Source: Choristocarpus tenellus KU-1152
Lineage: Eukaryota > Protista > Phaeophyceae
Assembly: GCA_964200185.2 (NCBI GenBank)
Contig: CAXNAD020000065.1
Coordinates: 1 to 33,288 of the forward strand
Length of the DNA stretch: 33,288 nucleotides
Direction of reading: 5' to 3'
Below, one piece after another: positions 1-12,700 of the stretch; the first letter of the stretch is position 1; every line of letters begins with the position of its first letter. Position numbers and translations under genes: made by a program. Below the pieces are notes generated by a model. That model searched no databases. It was not told where the DNA came from and saw nothing but the letters and a program-made list of their open reading frames with translations.

Positions 1-631
1 GGCTGAGTACGAAAAAAAAAACACACCTTGAACTTTTGTTTCGAATGAGTTCATATGTATATGATTAGGGAGCAAAGTGGAAAACTTTGTCGTGGTCTAT
101 TAAGTGTGTTTCAAATACAAGTGTTACATTTTTGTTACATACGAGTTGAATGGTAGGGCTGATAATGGAGATGTTCAAGTTGAGTTGGAAGTAGAAAAGG
201 TATGAATAGGGGAATCATACATTTGCCGAGTGGAGGAGATACTTTAATTGTCAGCATTAAACTAAAGTGTCTTCACCTTGCTCTGGATTCTCTCCTGACC
301 ACATCCCAAAGAGTGCCAATTCCGTTCTCAACCCAAGGCAGTGAACAATAGCCAGGAAGAGTTTGTAAGTCTTTATTCCAGAATTTTCGAACTTTTGCCC
401 CAACTACAGCAACTGAATCGCTGACACTATCTTATGTCTCTTTTCAAACCTTTGCTTACGGCAATAGCACTGATGAAGCCTGCAAACTATGTCTTCGAAG
501 TAATGTATGACCGGAGGGAGATCTTTGGTATCTTTATCCCTGTTGCATTTTTTGTAGGTGTGATGTTGAACTTCTGCACCTAGTCCATATAGTCATTCTG
601 ATAGAAGGAAAAATAATTTACTCTATTACAG

Positions 632-767
632 GGATGTTTTTTTGCGCCTGCTTATTGAATGTTGCAAGGATTTTGCCTTGCGATCGGTTCCACAGCTCCG
701 CTCAGTCATGGTCAACCCTCTTGGTAACATGGAAGGAGGACCACCTCTGGAAGGAGATGATCTTAAG
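632..767 (+). CDS. RNF213: RNF213-like exon 1 in window (DVFLRLLIECCKDFALRSVPQ...DDLK)
   Basis: tacag acceptor at 631; AAG|gtgggg donor at 768. KDFALRS resembles the RNF213 RDFAT motif. An alternative donor at 724 is possible. Confidence 0.8.
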
Positions 768-3700
768 GTGGGGTTAGGGTGTGGACTTGCTTATATGGGA
801 CAGTGCTATGTTGGTTGTTGGGTCAGGGTTGGGCTCTTAAATTTACCAAGTGTGACATAGAATAGTTTGCAAACCTACAGATATCCCTCGACTGACATTT
901 TTTGAGTGATTATCACAATTCTGATTAATGCCTATGGTAGGAGCAATATTTCACCCTGCAGAAAGAAACAGTCTAACGCTTTAGCATTGTGCACAATAGA
1001 TCACGGCCCAGACTACAGGTAATGTAGAGCATTGTCATGAGTGTTGTCCTAGACAACAGACATTACCAACTGAATTGATTCAAATGCTGGCTAAACAATG
1101 GATGTTAGATAGCAAATGACTTTGAGTGTCTCATTAAAAATGGAAATTTTCAAGCAAAGGCCAAAATACCAGATACTATGAGGCAATTTGTCCGGAGGGT
1201 TGCTGGACAGGTGATATGTTGACAAAGCAAATGGGTCAGGGCGTTTGCTGGAAATGGGAATTACAGACCAAAGAGCTTGAGCTTTTGCAGGGCGATGAAT
1301 GTTTTCAGCTTGAGCAACGGATTTTTTTTTGCATTTTCTTTCTTCTGCCATACTTTCCCGGTGAAATTCTATGTTTGCATTAAAATATGAATAAGCTGTT
1401 GTTTCCCATGGCTTGCGTGTATATATATTTATGTATTGTTTTTTTCCTAATTTGGCTGGAATGGACGAATTACAAAGAGGAGAAAGGAGTGAGCCCCCTC
1501 AGCACAGAGGGGTCTACCTTGGCAGCAACAATATTCCAGAACTCTAACTTTCTCTAGTTCATCCTATTTTATCTTTCACACATGTTCTTGACGAGTGGCA
1601 AACTTTATGTGTGATATTTTTTTCATGCAGATGAGGTGCTTCGCAAAATGGTGATTGAGGAAATATCCTTTAGTGTTGATCTGCACAATATATGTTACAG
1701 AGCAAACTGCAACAAATGTTGTGCTGGCGACAGATTTTACGCTCAAGTCTCATACTAGACAGACATTACAGAGCACACATGCTCAGGGTTTAGAGATCAA
1801 CTGGTCACTGAACATTGTCCTGGTAATGGGCGTTGCAAGAAAACTGCGCAAACATTGTCATGGATAACCGACATTGAAGGATGAATATAGTGAAACACTC
1901 TAGCAAAGCTAGCATTGAGTGTTAGATTTCTTGAGACACGCAATATTTGACCATGAAGGTCTTGTTCTCGGTAGCTTGGAAAGAGACATTTGTTTTGTGT
2001 TGCCTACAAATCTGATATTACCACTCAAATAATGAGGTAATTGAATTATGTCAACCCTGCAATAGAGTGTGCCATTTTTTCACGTAGAGTTCTATACTGG
2101 TGAAAATTGCGGCATATTTGTGGTAGCCTTGCATCATCTTTATCGTGACTTGATTGGGATTGAATGTAAGTCGAAAAGCAGAGAACGCGACATGCCTGGG
2201 CTAGTTTTGCCTATCTTCTGACCGCACTGCATCTTTCATCTCCATATACATAATTATATTTCCTAGAATTTCCCCTATTCCTTAACTCCTCCAGCGTTAC
2301 TCACTTGCCACCTACCTCTAATTCTCCCCCCTTACACTTCCCTTTGACTTAACCTTCACAAGGCTAATGAGAGCAATGGCAATCCAGTGGCCTTTGTCAA
2401 AGCACCCATCAATATGGAAGAGTCGCGGTGCCTGGCCAGGCGTTTTCAGACTATGATTGGCTGGGAAAAGTCTGATCATCCAATCGTGGTGTTCAAGGCG
2501 GATACTCCCTCTGGTCAATTTGGAGAGGTGTCCGGCGTGGACATATTGAGTCTTAATCGGCACCCAAGGTTTGTTACACATTTGCTTAGTGTTGGTCTTA
2601 CTCAAGCATCAAATTCTAAGGTTCCAGTTGTCCCTACTTGAACACCACACTACTCTGTCCCTTCCCCAAATTGATGCTAATCTTTCTACCCTACCCATGA
2701 TTTACCCTTGACACTGTAGTACACACTGATGCAATTTTCTGTACATATAAATGCACTCCCTTTTAGGTTCACATACTAGAAATCCTAGTGCTCTACTGTT
2801 CCTGTGTAAACATCACAAGCACCCTCCACCTTGATCAACATAGTTCAGTCCCTTCCCTCAACACGACACTGCTCCACTTTCCATCCTGATTAGGATCTAC
2901 CCATCACACTACAGACCCACTCAAATTCATGCATGTGCATCCCCCTGAAGTGTCATGTACTGGGAATCCCCAAACAATACATTACACTCCCTATCGTGTT
3001 TTTTTCTTTGGCACAACCCCCTTCTTCCTCATTGTAACCCTGGAGTTTCTAAAAATAGAAATATCAAAGCTAGAAAACGATTGGCCTCCAAATGCAAGGT
3101 AGATATAGGGAAGGTGTAGGGAAGGCATAATACAGGCACTGCGTTTCTTGTGTCTCAAAAGAACGGTTTATACACAAATCTCCTATACTCTCATAACATC
3201 ACTTCAATGTGAGCTTACTTTTTTGTTCTATTTCAGATCTCATTAACATGAAATGATACCCTTAAATGGTGAAATTCCACATTACCACATCCTGGATATT
3301 TGCAAGCACTTTTTATCAAGTAATATTTTATGGCTAGTTGAAAAATCATGCATGATGTGCACACTTACGTTTGTGGACAATACCAGATCATCTACTCAAG
3401 GAATTATGACTTCCTGTATGATGCAAAACATGCTTAGTTTTGTTCACCAGATGTTTGCCAACTTCATTGTCCCTTCACTTGACCGCCTCTTGGTTTTTCT
3501 TCGCAGATTGGCAGATGCCTACATTCAGGAGCCCCTGAAAAGTGCTCTCCAAATCAATGGTATTGATCTGGCAAGAAATTGGGAATTAATTACGGCAGAG
3601 GAAGGTTAGTTCTAATAGCAGCATTGCTAATGTAAGATCAAAGCACCATTGAAAGAACAATTTCTTATCCCATGGAGGTGTACACCAATTCTTTGTCAAA

Positions 3701-6700
3701 TGATGCTGTAGTTGCATCGGCATCCATTTTAGTCTTTATTATAGTCAGAGGAAATTTACTACAGACAAGTGGCACAACATGAATCAATAATGGGACCAAA
3801 GTAAGAGGTCTAGAGTAGCATATACTAGGGTATTGTTCTAAATAAATGATATTACCATATATAATCTCCTTTTCGATGATAATCTCAAGCTTCTACCATA
3901 GACGTTTCTCACCACTGTTGGAGCAAAGTCTCTGTTCTGCGTTGGGTTATCTGGAGATTGCCTGTGGAGAAATTTTGTGCTACATGAGCAAACTCAGCAT
4001 GACCGGACTTTCGTATCTGCGAAGTATGAGATGTAACGATAAGCAACTTGTAATTTTTCTCGTCACAGCAATAGCAGAGTCAGCTAGGTGTGGGAACGTT
4101 TGTTTAATATTATCTGAGAAGTACCTATGTGAGGACAACCAAGTATACTACTTGTTGCAACCGTCCTTTTTGTCAAAATGCTACACAAAGTATATTGTAG
4201 TTGACCAACCATGGGTGGTGACTCCCTCCCTGTTCTTTAACATGGTTCCACAATACCTTGTACGCTAATGTTTTTCAATTTGTCCATGCTTCTATCCTCC
4301 ACTTGCGGTGTCCCTCTCTTGATCTGCCAGCGGTGGAACTGCTCAAGAGCATGGGGGGGGTGTTAAGAGCATGTGGGAGTGTAGCGTCAACTCTGTCCAT
4401 GGATGATGTGCTGGGGGATGATTATGTCTTTACAGTGGACAACCTGCTTAAGATGCTTAGCATTACCCTGAGGCTACAGGTATTGTAATGTGGAAGACTT
4501 GCATAGCATTGGGAATGAAATTATTCTTATGTTCCTGTGATAATTGACTGGTGCTACATATACCTCTAAGTGGGAGCAAACGGGTAGTAGCCAATGATGA
4601 TAGTTTGGTGCTCTGCTATAATGCTCCACAATAATAATAGCAAGTTTTGTCGTCCTTGTAGGTTCAATGGTATAGAAGCGTTCTCTGTCACTGTGCTCAT
4701 ATCTTGCTCTGCACTTTGTTATGAGGATTATTTCAACTGTTGTGCACTGCCAAGCATTTTTGTATATATTTTCTTCACCCACTATGTTCTTGAGGGCCTT
4801 GACGATCAGTTCTAACAAGAATCTGTCTTTGAGCAGGCGAACATGCCAGTGGTGATCATGGGTGACACAGGCTGTGGAAAGAGCAGGTTGGTATCTTGTA
4901 TGTGCTCTATTTTGGATTGGCCACTTGCAGTACTTAATGTACACAGTGGACTCTCCTACACCGATATTGTACACTGGGTGGAAGAGCAGGCATCATTGGC
5001 GCGTGCAGCAGAGGCAGCAGGGAGGGCGGGTATCACTGTGATCCACCTGGATGAGATCAATACCTGCAACAGTGTTAGTGAGTGATCCATGTACCAGCAG
5101 GACCGAGGAAGCAATTTCTTGATAAAATGTTTTAGTGGAGTCCTTTTTGTTTTGGTTGAAGAATAGGTCTGAAAGTTTGAACTTCGATTTTTCCCAAAAA
5201 CAGAGATATTGGATAGATTTTCGTCAATTTATAACAGGCTGACCGTTACAACTGTGTGATTCTTAACACCATGATGTATGTGATCCCAAGGTCTCTTCAA
5301 GGAGATCGTGTGTGACGGGAGTGTGGATGGGAAACCTTTGCCTCAAAGTTTACGCATTGTGGCTGCATGCAACCCATACCGACTCCGTGCATCCAAAAAA
5401 AAAATTGCCAGCACTGAAGGAGTGAGGCGTGGACCTAAACGTAATGACCAACTAGTGGTTAATGGAAGGGGATTGGGAAGGATGATGGGTGCAGAAAAAT
5501 CTGATCTTAATGTTAAAGATCTTGTCATCGATGCATCAGGAATGGAAGATATTGATGGCAACGTAGTGGGCTTATCCACTGGAGTCACTGACCCTATCAA
5601 GGTATTCCCAAGGGGTTGAAGTGTTTTGCTTGAAATACTATGTAATAATCTAAATTTCTAAGAGATACTTTGATATCTAGTGCAAGTGCATTAACCAAAT
5701 TATCACGAGAATTTTTGCTCTGGCATTGTTGTGTCTTCCAACTATGATTCTTGTTAACTGCCTGCATCTAACAACTCTGAAAATTTGGTATACCTCTAAG
5801 ATTCTATGGCAAGTACGGGGCATATTGAAGGTATTGATAAGAGATATTGCCTTGATTCTTGTGGCTGGACTACAGAATGATGTAACGACACGCGGAATTG
5901 GCAAGTAAGAAGTGAAGATGTTTAGATGTTTAAATTCTGATACATTAATGCAAGGCTGTGTTGAAGGAGCAGTAAGAGTAGGCTTCAGGTTGAGTCATAC
6001 GGTGATTGACTGTTTCAAAAATTTTCATCCTGTGTCCCACAGGGGTCATGCGGAATGGAAATAAAATAATTCTCCAAGAAGGATCTGTTATTTTGTTAAG
6101 GTCTACTATAAACAATGAACTTAATTTGTAATCCCTGGCCCTATCCTTTGAACCCCCCCATGCCGTGTACTGAATCAACTTGTTCATTGATACGTGTATC
6201 AGGATCTAGTGTACAGAGTACACCCCCTCCATGAGTCGCTTGTTGACCATGTGATGGACTATGGAGCCCTGAAGAGATGCACTGAGCGCCAATACATAGT
6301 GGCGATGGTCAACAAAGGGCTTGGGGATGGAAATGGTGGGTAGTTGATAAGAGGTGCCATACCTGAGTAGGTATGGGGGGTAACATACTGTAGTTAAATT
6401 AGGCATCTTTCATATCCCTTATTATCTGTGTGCCTAGTAATCAAGAACTTGATTGACATAGCAGTTGGTTTTGAGACCATTATTTCTGAATTCTCGAGGT
6501 ACAACAAATGGTCTTGCTGAACTCGGTGGCAGCCATGTGCTGTAACCAGAAATAGAAGCGCTAGTTACGGAGGTTAGAACACATTTTTGATATACTGTGC
6601 ATAAGTATGGCTAGGTCTTCTCAAGGTCTGACTGACGTTTTTACTGTTAATATGTGGACTGATTGAGCATTCTCGTACGGATCAGAAGCTGTCTTACCAA

Positions 6701-9700
6701 AAAGTCTACATTTCAGCTGTCAAGAAGCAGGTAGGGTGAAATATCTCTCTTGTGGTACATCGAGAGTATCTAAAATTCTATCAAGCCAAGCATATCTTGT
6801 GAAATACATTTGAGGAACCAGGGCGATGGAAATTACTTAGATATGCTCAAAGTGCTTACTATAATTAGGTTAATTGAAGGCATTCCCAAATGCTTGTATG
6901 TGAATTGTGCTTGGTTTCTTCGAAATTATGCAATTTATTGACTTGCCTGTAGCACAAGGTTAGAAATATGTTGGATTTTCTCAAGTAAGAGATGACGAAA
7001 TTGTCACCTTTCTGGTACAGTTCGCAACAGCATCTTTCAGTCGGTAGTATTTCCTATTATTATCTACACATTCAAACACAGAGATTCCACACCAGAAAGA
7101 ACGATTTTGTAAGGTCTTAGGCTTCGTAGTTGAGCAATAAATGCATTTCGAAGTCATGATTCGCATGAACTCCTCCAACACCTGGTTGAGAACGGAAGGA
7201 GTACACTGTATTTTGCCAGGCTAATATGGAACTTTCATATTTTCTAATATTTTTCTTGTGCAGGTAGAGTAAGGAGTCCTATATCTGGATTATTAGAGGT
7301 CTTCTCAGAGGTACTTTGTACAGCACAAGAAACCTTGCGTACCCTCTTTGGTGGAGAGAGGGCTACTGTGTCCCTGAGGGATGTATCTCGTTGCATCAAG
7401 GTGAGATCTTGTGTACATTTGACAAAGGGGCGACAAAACTGGGGGCTAGGAGATTGTTAGGGATAGAGTGATGTCAAGCTTGGGGAGGTAAAGGAACTTG
7501 TATGGTGAACAAACCCTATCATTAAAACTGTGGCATGTAGGTTATTTGTTTGGGGCAAGTTTTGTCTTTTGCTCTGTGTCCCCTACCCCTTGATCTTGAT
7601 CTTGATCTTGGCATTACTCTAGAAATCTCAAGCTGTGTAAGGATCGTGACCACCAATGAATCAGGAGATGCCTCAAGCTTGGGGAAAGGAGAAGAAATCT
7701 GGCGTAAGTAACATGGACGAGCCCCAGGGCAATAAGCTAACTCTTGCTTAAGGAATGTATAATTCTTCACTTCTGATGATTTCACTAGACCTCTACACAA
7801 TCATATTTGCAACACATTGAGTAGGGTACATTTTTAGGTCATTACCTGAAAGGTGTCAAGATCAATCTGGAATGTGATCACTATTGCATTTTTTGGTTTG
7901 GTGCATAGCACCTTAAATCCAAGTTAGAGCATGATCATTTGACAGTCCTCAAGAATGTTGCTAATCATTTCCACACAACTACCTCCAACTATCTCCCCAA
8001 ACACACTATAAATGCACATGTTACAGGTCTTTGTGTGGCTTGGAAAAGAGTGGGTGATACATGGTAGCAACAGCCTCATTGCTTCATCTGCTCAGTTGAG
8101 GACTTTGCCAGGATTTTTCAATTGTGAGGACAAGGAATCGAAAATGGCTGCAATGGAGGCTATGGTACTTTCCCTGGCATACTCTTACCTTGCACGACTC
8201 CCAAGGTTTGTGCCGTTGAATTATGCACTTGTGCTTTTCAGTTATAACTATACTGCAGAGCTCTCGGAGCACTTTAGAGGTATTTTTCCTGTTATTTGTA
8301 TTTCAAGCTGAATCTTTTCATACATGAAAATAGCACCCCTGGTAACCTACTCTCCTAGCATGCACTGCCCAACACTTAAACAACTACTCATCTGTTTCAC
8401 TCCCAGGACTATTTCAATCAATGGGCAATTCTGTGTGTCTGGTCATTGGGGAAGAGAAAATTGAGAAAAAATAAACGAGAGGTGCCCAGGTTTCTTTGTT
8501 TTGGGTTCATCTTTTGTTGTTCACCCTTATATGGTTGAAGTGCTAAGATTGACTTGACAGCAATGATTTCTATGTTGTTCGCAAAATTTTAAAAAATTCA
8601 GAAAATTTTATATATTCATTTGTACAAAACCGAATTTTATATAAAATTATCAACATCCTTAGAATTTAGCTCTGGATACCTCTCATAATATTTCCCTCTT
8701 TTCTTTCCTGTTTCCCATTTCATGGTGCTAAAGGCCTGATCGAAATGTGCTTGTTCGGGATGTCTGCCGGACAGCGTCTGTTTGTGGAAGTCGTTATGGG
8801 TTAAAAATGGATGCTACATGGTTTGCTTCTACCGTGCGGAAGAGCGCACAAAAAACTGCTGGTGAGAACAACCTTGGGGGGGGGTATTGTGGTTGGTATG
8901 TTGTAGTGAAGCATCTTAAGCTCATTCACGGTTTCATTGTTTCAATTTCTGAAATGAAGCCTGTTTCTGTTTTCTGTCTTGCAGCTTCGACTCTTTGTTC
9001 CTACTTGATGGGGGTAAGGTGGAATATATTTCCTCTGAGTACGCTTTTGTGTTGCTGGAGTAAGTATGCGAAAACTGTTGCTTTCGTCAGCCTTCTCAAA
9101 TTTGGTGGTTGAGTTCTATCAACAAAGCTGTAGTGACTGAGGATGTAAAAATCCCGCTTGTGATATTTTGCCTTCCTGCCTTGCCTACATCTATCGGACT
9201 GTTACTGGTGAATATGGGGGAGGTGGTGATGATGAATACCACACCATAATGTCAAGAATACTAATTTCGGTCGTATTATAGTATGAAAATGTTTCATTTA
9301 TAGTATTGTTCTTCAAAGAATCGAAACATGTGTTTGGTTCAGTATTAAATGGCTAACTCAGCTGTAGATATATCAACATACGACATCCATGATTTTCCAC
9401 ATATATGTGATGATGGTACTATTGGGCAAGGCCATTCTCATCTCCCTTCCTTCGCTAACATTCAACCCTACTGTATGGTCAGCTCCCAACATCCTTCCTG
9501 ATAACAAAAACTAGGGTAAAATTTGAGAAACTGCAAATATGGATGGGTTACTAATGTGCTTGTCATGTGGAAAAAGTTCAATTGGGTGCAAGAAATATCT
9601 TGTGTTCATGCTGAGTCCATTTTTTCTACAGTTTTTCTTCAATCTGCCGTGAACTGTAGTAAGTGGGGCATGGGGATCACTCCATAGGGTTTACGTTTTC

Positions 9701-12700
9701 CAGCATCTAAAGCAACGTAGTTCATTGTTGGGTGGTCTCACAACGTAGAATTTCGAGTGCTAGCACACTTTGACCTTGCTGAAAGCTAAATAGTGAATGG
9801 AGTGCCTCACCCTCCAAAAATCATTGACATTTCTTTGAATAGTCCTGTTGATTACAAACACACTGTACTTCACTATTATTAGTACACACATTTCGAAATG
9901 AAGATAAGAGAGTGAGAACGCAAGTATGTGATTATTACATGCTTGACTGGGTGCATATCTACAGAATGAAGAGGCCAGGCCTAATTCCAAAAGTGGAAGC
10001 TTTGCCATTTTTGTTGTGTACATCACTATGATCAAATTTCTATTCTCCAAATATGATTCACTCCTGCAATTTTGCAAATATTATGAGGCGGGGGGTGAAG
10101 ACAGAACTCATCTACTAAAATGGGTAGTTTTCGGGATAGAATATTGGTACTACTCTTCTGCTGGCTCAAAGTATCTGGGGGAGGAGTGGGGATTTGCACC
10201 AGGATTTCTTTTTGGTTCCTGACCAGGAGAAGTGCATTTACATTATCCATCTGATGCATGCAACCAAATCATCCCAAAATCCGATATGGAAAATTGGGTC
10301 CCGACTGGACAGCCACCCCCCCCCCCCCCCCCCCCCAGATACTTTGAGCATCAAGAATCAACCTGGGCAGATGTCTTTATGCCTTTACATAATCCTAACC
10401 TTCGGTATACAATGTGAAGACTGTCTAAATACTAACGAATAACCTCAGGAATATCTCGAAGCCCTTCCACCCCCTGGCCAAGTGCAACTATTTGAGGCTT
10501 TCCAAAATTTCGTGTAATATTATATGCTCCAGATATTGAAATACAGTTTCAACACTGTAGTCTGACAAGAGCCTTGCTCTACATAGACTATGTTGCACTA
10601 CTTTCACTGTAAAAAGTTTTGATATTTCATCAAACCTCTGAAGCTAGAGCATGTGTTTGTCGCCTCATATATTCTGTGTATCTGTTGAGATCAGGCATAT
10701 GAATATAGTTGGCATGCCGAGTGTTGATTATGTAATTGTCCTGAACAAAGTTCTACAGTTCAACATGCCTTCGGCATAGCAACTTGATTGCTTAGGATAA
10801 GTTCAAGCTCCACACTTCCTTGAAAGTACACTATCAGATAGGACAGGATATCTGGGGGAACAACTTGAACTACCATGGTGAATAGCAGATCATCTTCACA
10901 CATTGCGAGCACAAAATAGTTTTTAGAGGTTAAGGTGTACACCATGAATTCAAGAAGAAACACATTAGGAAGAGTAAGACAAATGAAAACAGGGACAGCA
11001 GGGGGCAGGGGGTGCTACCTCTACAAACAAGGTGTATGTAGATTGCTCAGTGCGCGAAGAATTTGAACAGTCCAGCAGGTGGTCAAAGGTGATCAGCAGA
11101 TAATGTGAGGGCATATGAGGACTTACACTCCCAGGGTAGAATACCTCAGTAGACTAGTGTCAGTTCTGAAGCAGTTCTGCTCAGACAAAGTCAAGATGAG
11201 TAGAATAAAGATGGTTATCTAAGAAGGGAAGCTGATAACACTTTAGTCAGTAATAGATAAGAGCGTGGAAATCCAAGATCAGACCACTTTGCACACTCCA
11301 GTAAGCAATATTAGTATCTACTTGTAGTATGGCTGTGGACACAAGGACCATCATGAGGCCAGGTAGCTCTTCGATGGTGCGGCAAACAATGGGGAACAAT
11401 CACCAAGAATGGGGAGTGATGGGAAAGGGTAATCTAGTTAGGAAGGGCATGTGGCAGTTGCTTAATCAGCAGGAAGCACAGCCAGGGGGAGAAGTGGGAT
11501 AATGCTGGCCCCAGACAAATTGTAAGAGAAAATACTTTGTTGAGAGGAAAACATCTTTAAATTTCACTTTTTATGATGCTGCTCATTCCCTCAAGTTCTA
11601 CATTGTACCATAAATCAGTCTTTTTTGATTGGGCAATATGCTCGAACTACTGCTGCGTTAGGCACCATGGGATATTGTCATTAGAAATTGAGTACAATAT
11701 TCTGCCTTCAACACCATATTGGGTTAGTTTACCAATGTTCCGTCAACTGAGTTCTGCAACATAGTGAGAATACACAAGAATTTCAGGGTTCCATATATTG
11801 TTGCTTGAATGGAGTGAAAATATTGATTACAGTCGAAAATATTACAGCAGCTTGACTTTTTTGCACTGGTCCACTTTGTTGCTATTTTGTGAGTGAAAGT
11901 ATCTTATTAAGAGAGAGTACGAGTTTTGCCCTGTTTGTCCGTTTGGGGCTTGACTTCCCATGGGGTTTTTTATGACATTTTCCTATCCGAAATGTTTCAG
12001 AGTAGGTAATGTGTATACGTTATGAAAAGTGTGTCCAGAACAAGCATATTGGCACTTCCTAACAAATATGATAGTCAAAATTATATCAGAATCGCAACCT
12101 TGGATGTTGGCCCCCAAACAGACGCGGCTCTACCCTCTAAGATAATTTGAATGTGTCACCCTGACTAGTATGATTTAGGTTGTAGTGACTTGTCCTACTA
12201 CCTAATTACCCTTTTTCAGAGACTGTCATTCCTCCTGCTTCTCCTTTCTGGTACAGAGTGCCTTTTTCTTGACCATTTCCCATGTTAATTTGTCGCTCTC
12301 CATACATTCACACATACCCCCATCAGAGAGTATGATCCTTGGCCCAGGGGTAGCTGCGAACGAAGCTTTGAGTGAGAACCTTTTTGTGCTCCTCGTAAGC
12401 ATAGTCAACAGCATCCCGGTCTTTGTGGTAGGCAAGCCTGGCTCTTCAAAGTCTCTTGCAATCAGTGTAATAATAGAAAATCTACGTGGCCAGGCTAGTG
12501 TCAACACTTTCTTAAGGTCACTTCCGGCGGTGGAGGTCTTCTTTCACCAGTGCTCACCAATGTCTACTAGTCATGGCATACTGCAGGTGAAGTAGGACGA
12601 GAATGTCACTGAAAAATTCACTGATATCCTTTAGTAGTATAGGATGTAAGATAGCATGTGGTTTGGCATAATGATATCTTCTTTGAAACTCAATTTTATA

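Noticed and set aside
1-631. Promoter or further upstream exon
   Set aside because: The protein at 632 is already mid-AAA ring, so this is intron. I found no frame with the expected upstream motifs.
1460-1650. Extra exon(s) in intron 1 (purine-rich 1460-1545; tgcag|atgagg...aaaatg|gtgatt at 1631-1650)
   Set aside because: The first lacks a convincing acceptor/donor pair. The 20-nt candidate would shift the frame. Exons 1 and 2 already join in phase.
10194-10442. Poly-proline ORFs
   Set aside because: Artefact of translating the 21-nt poly(C) tract.
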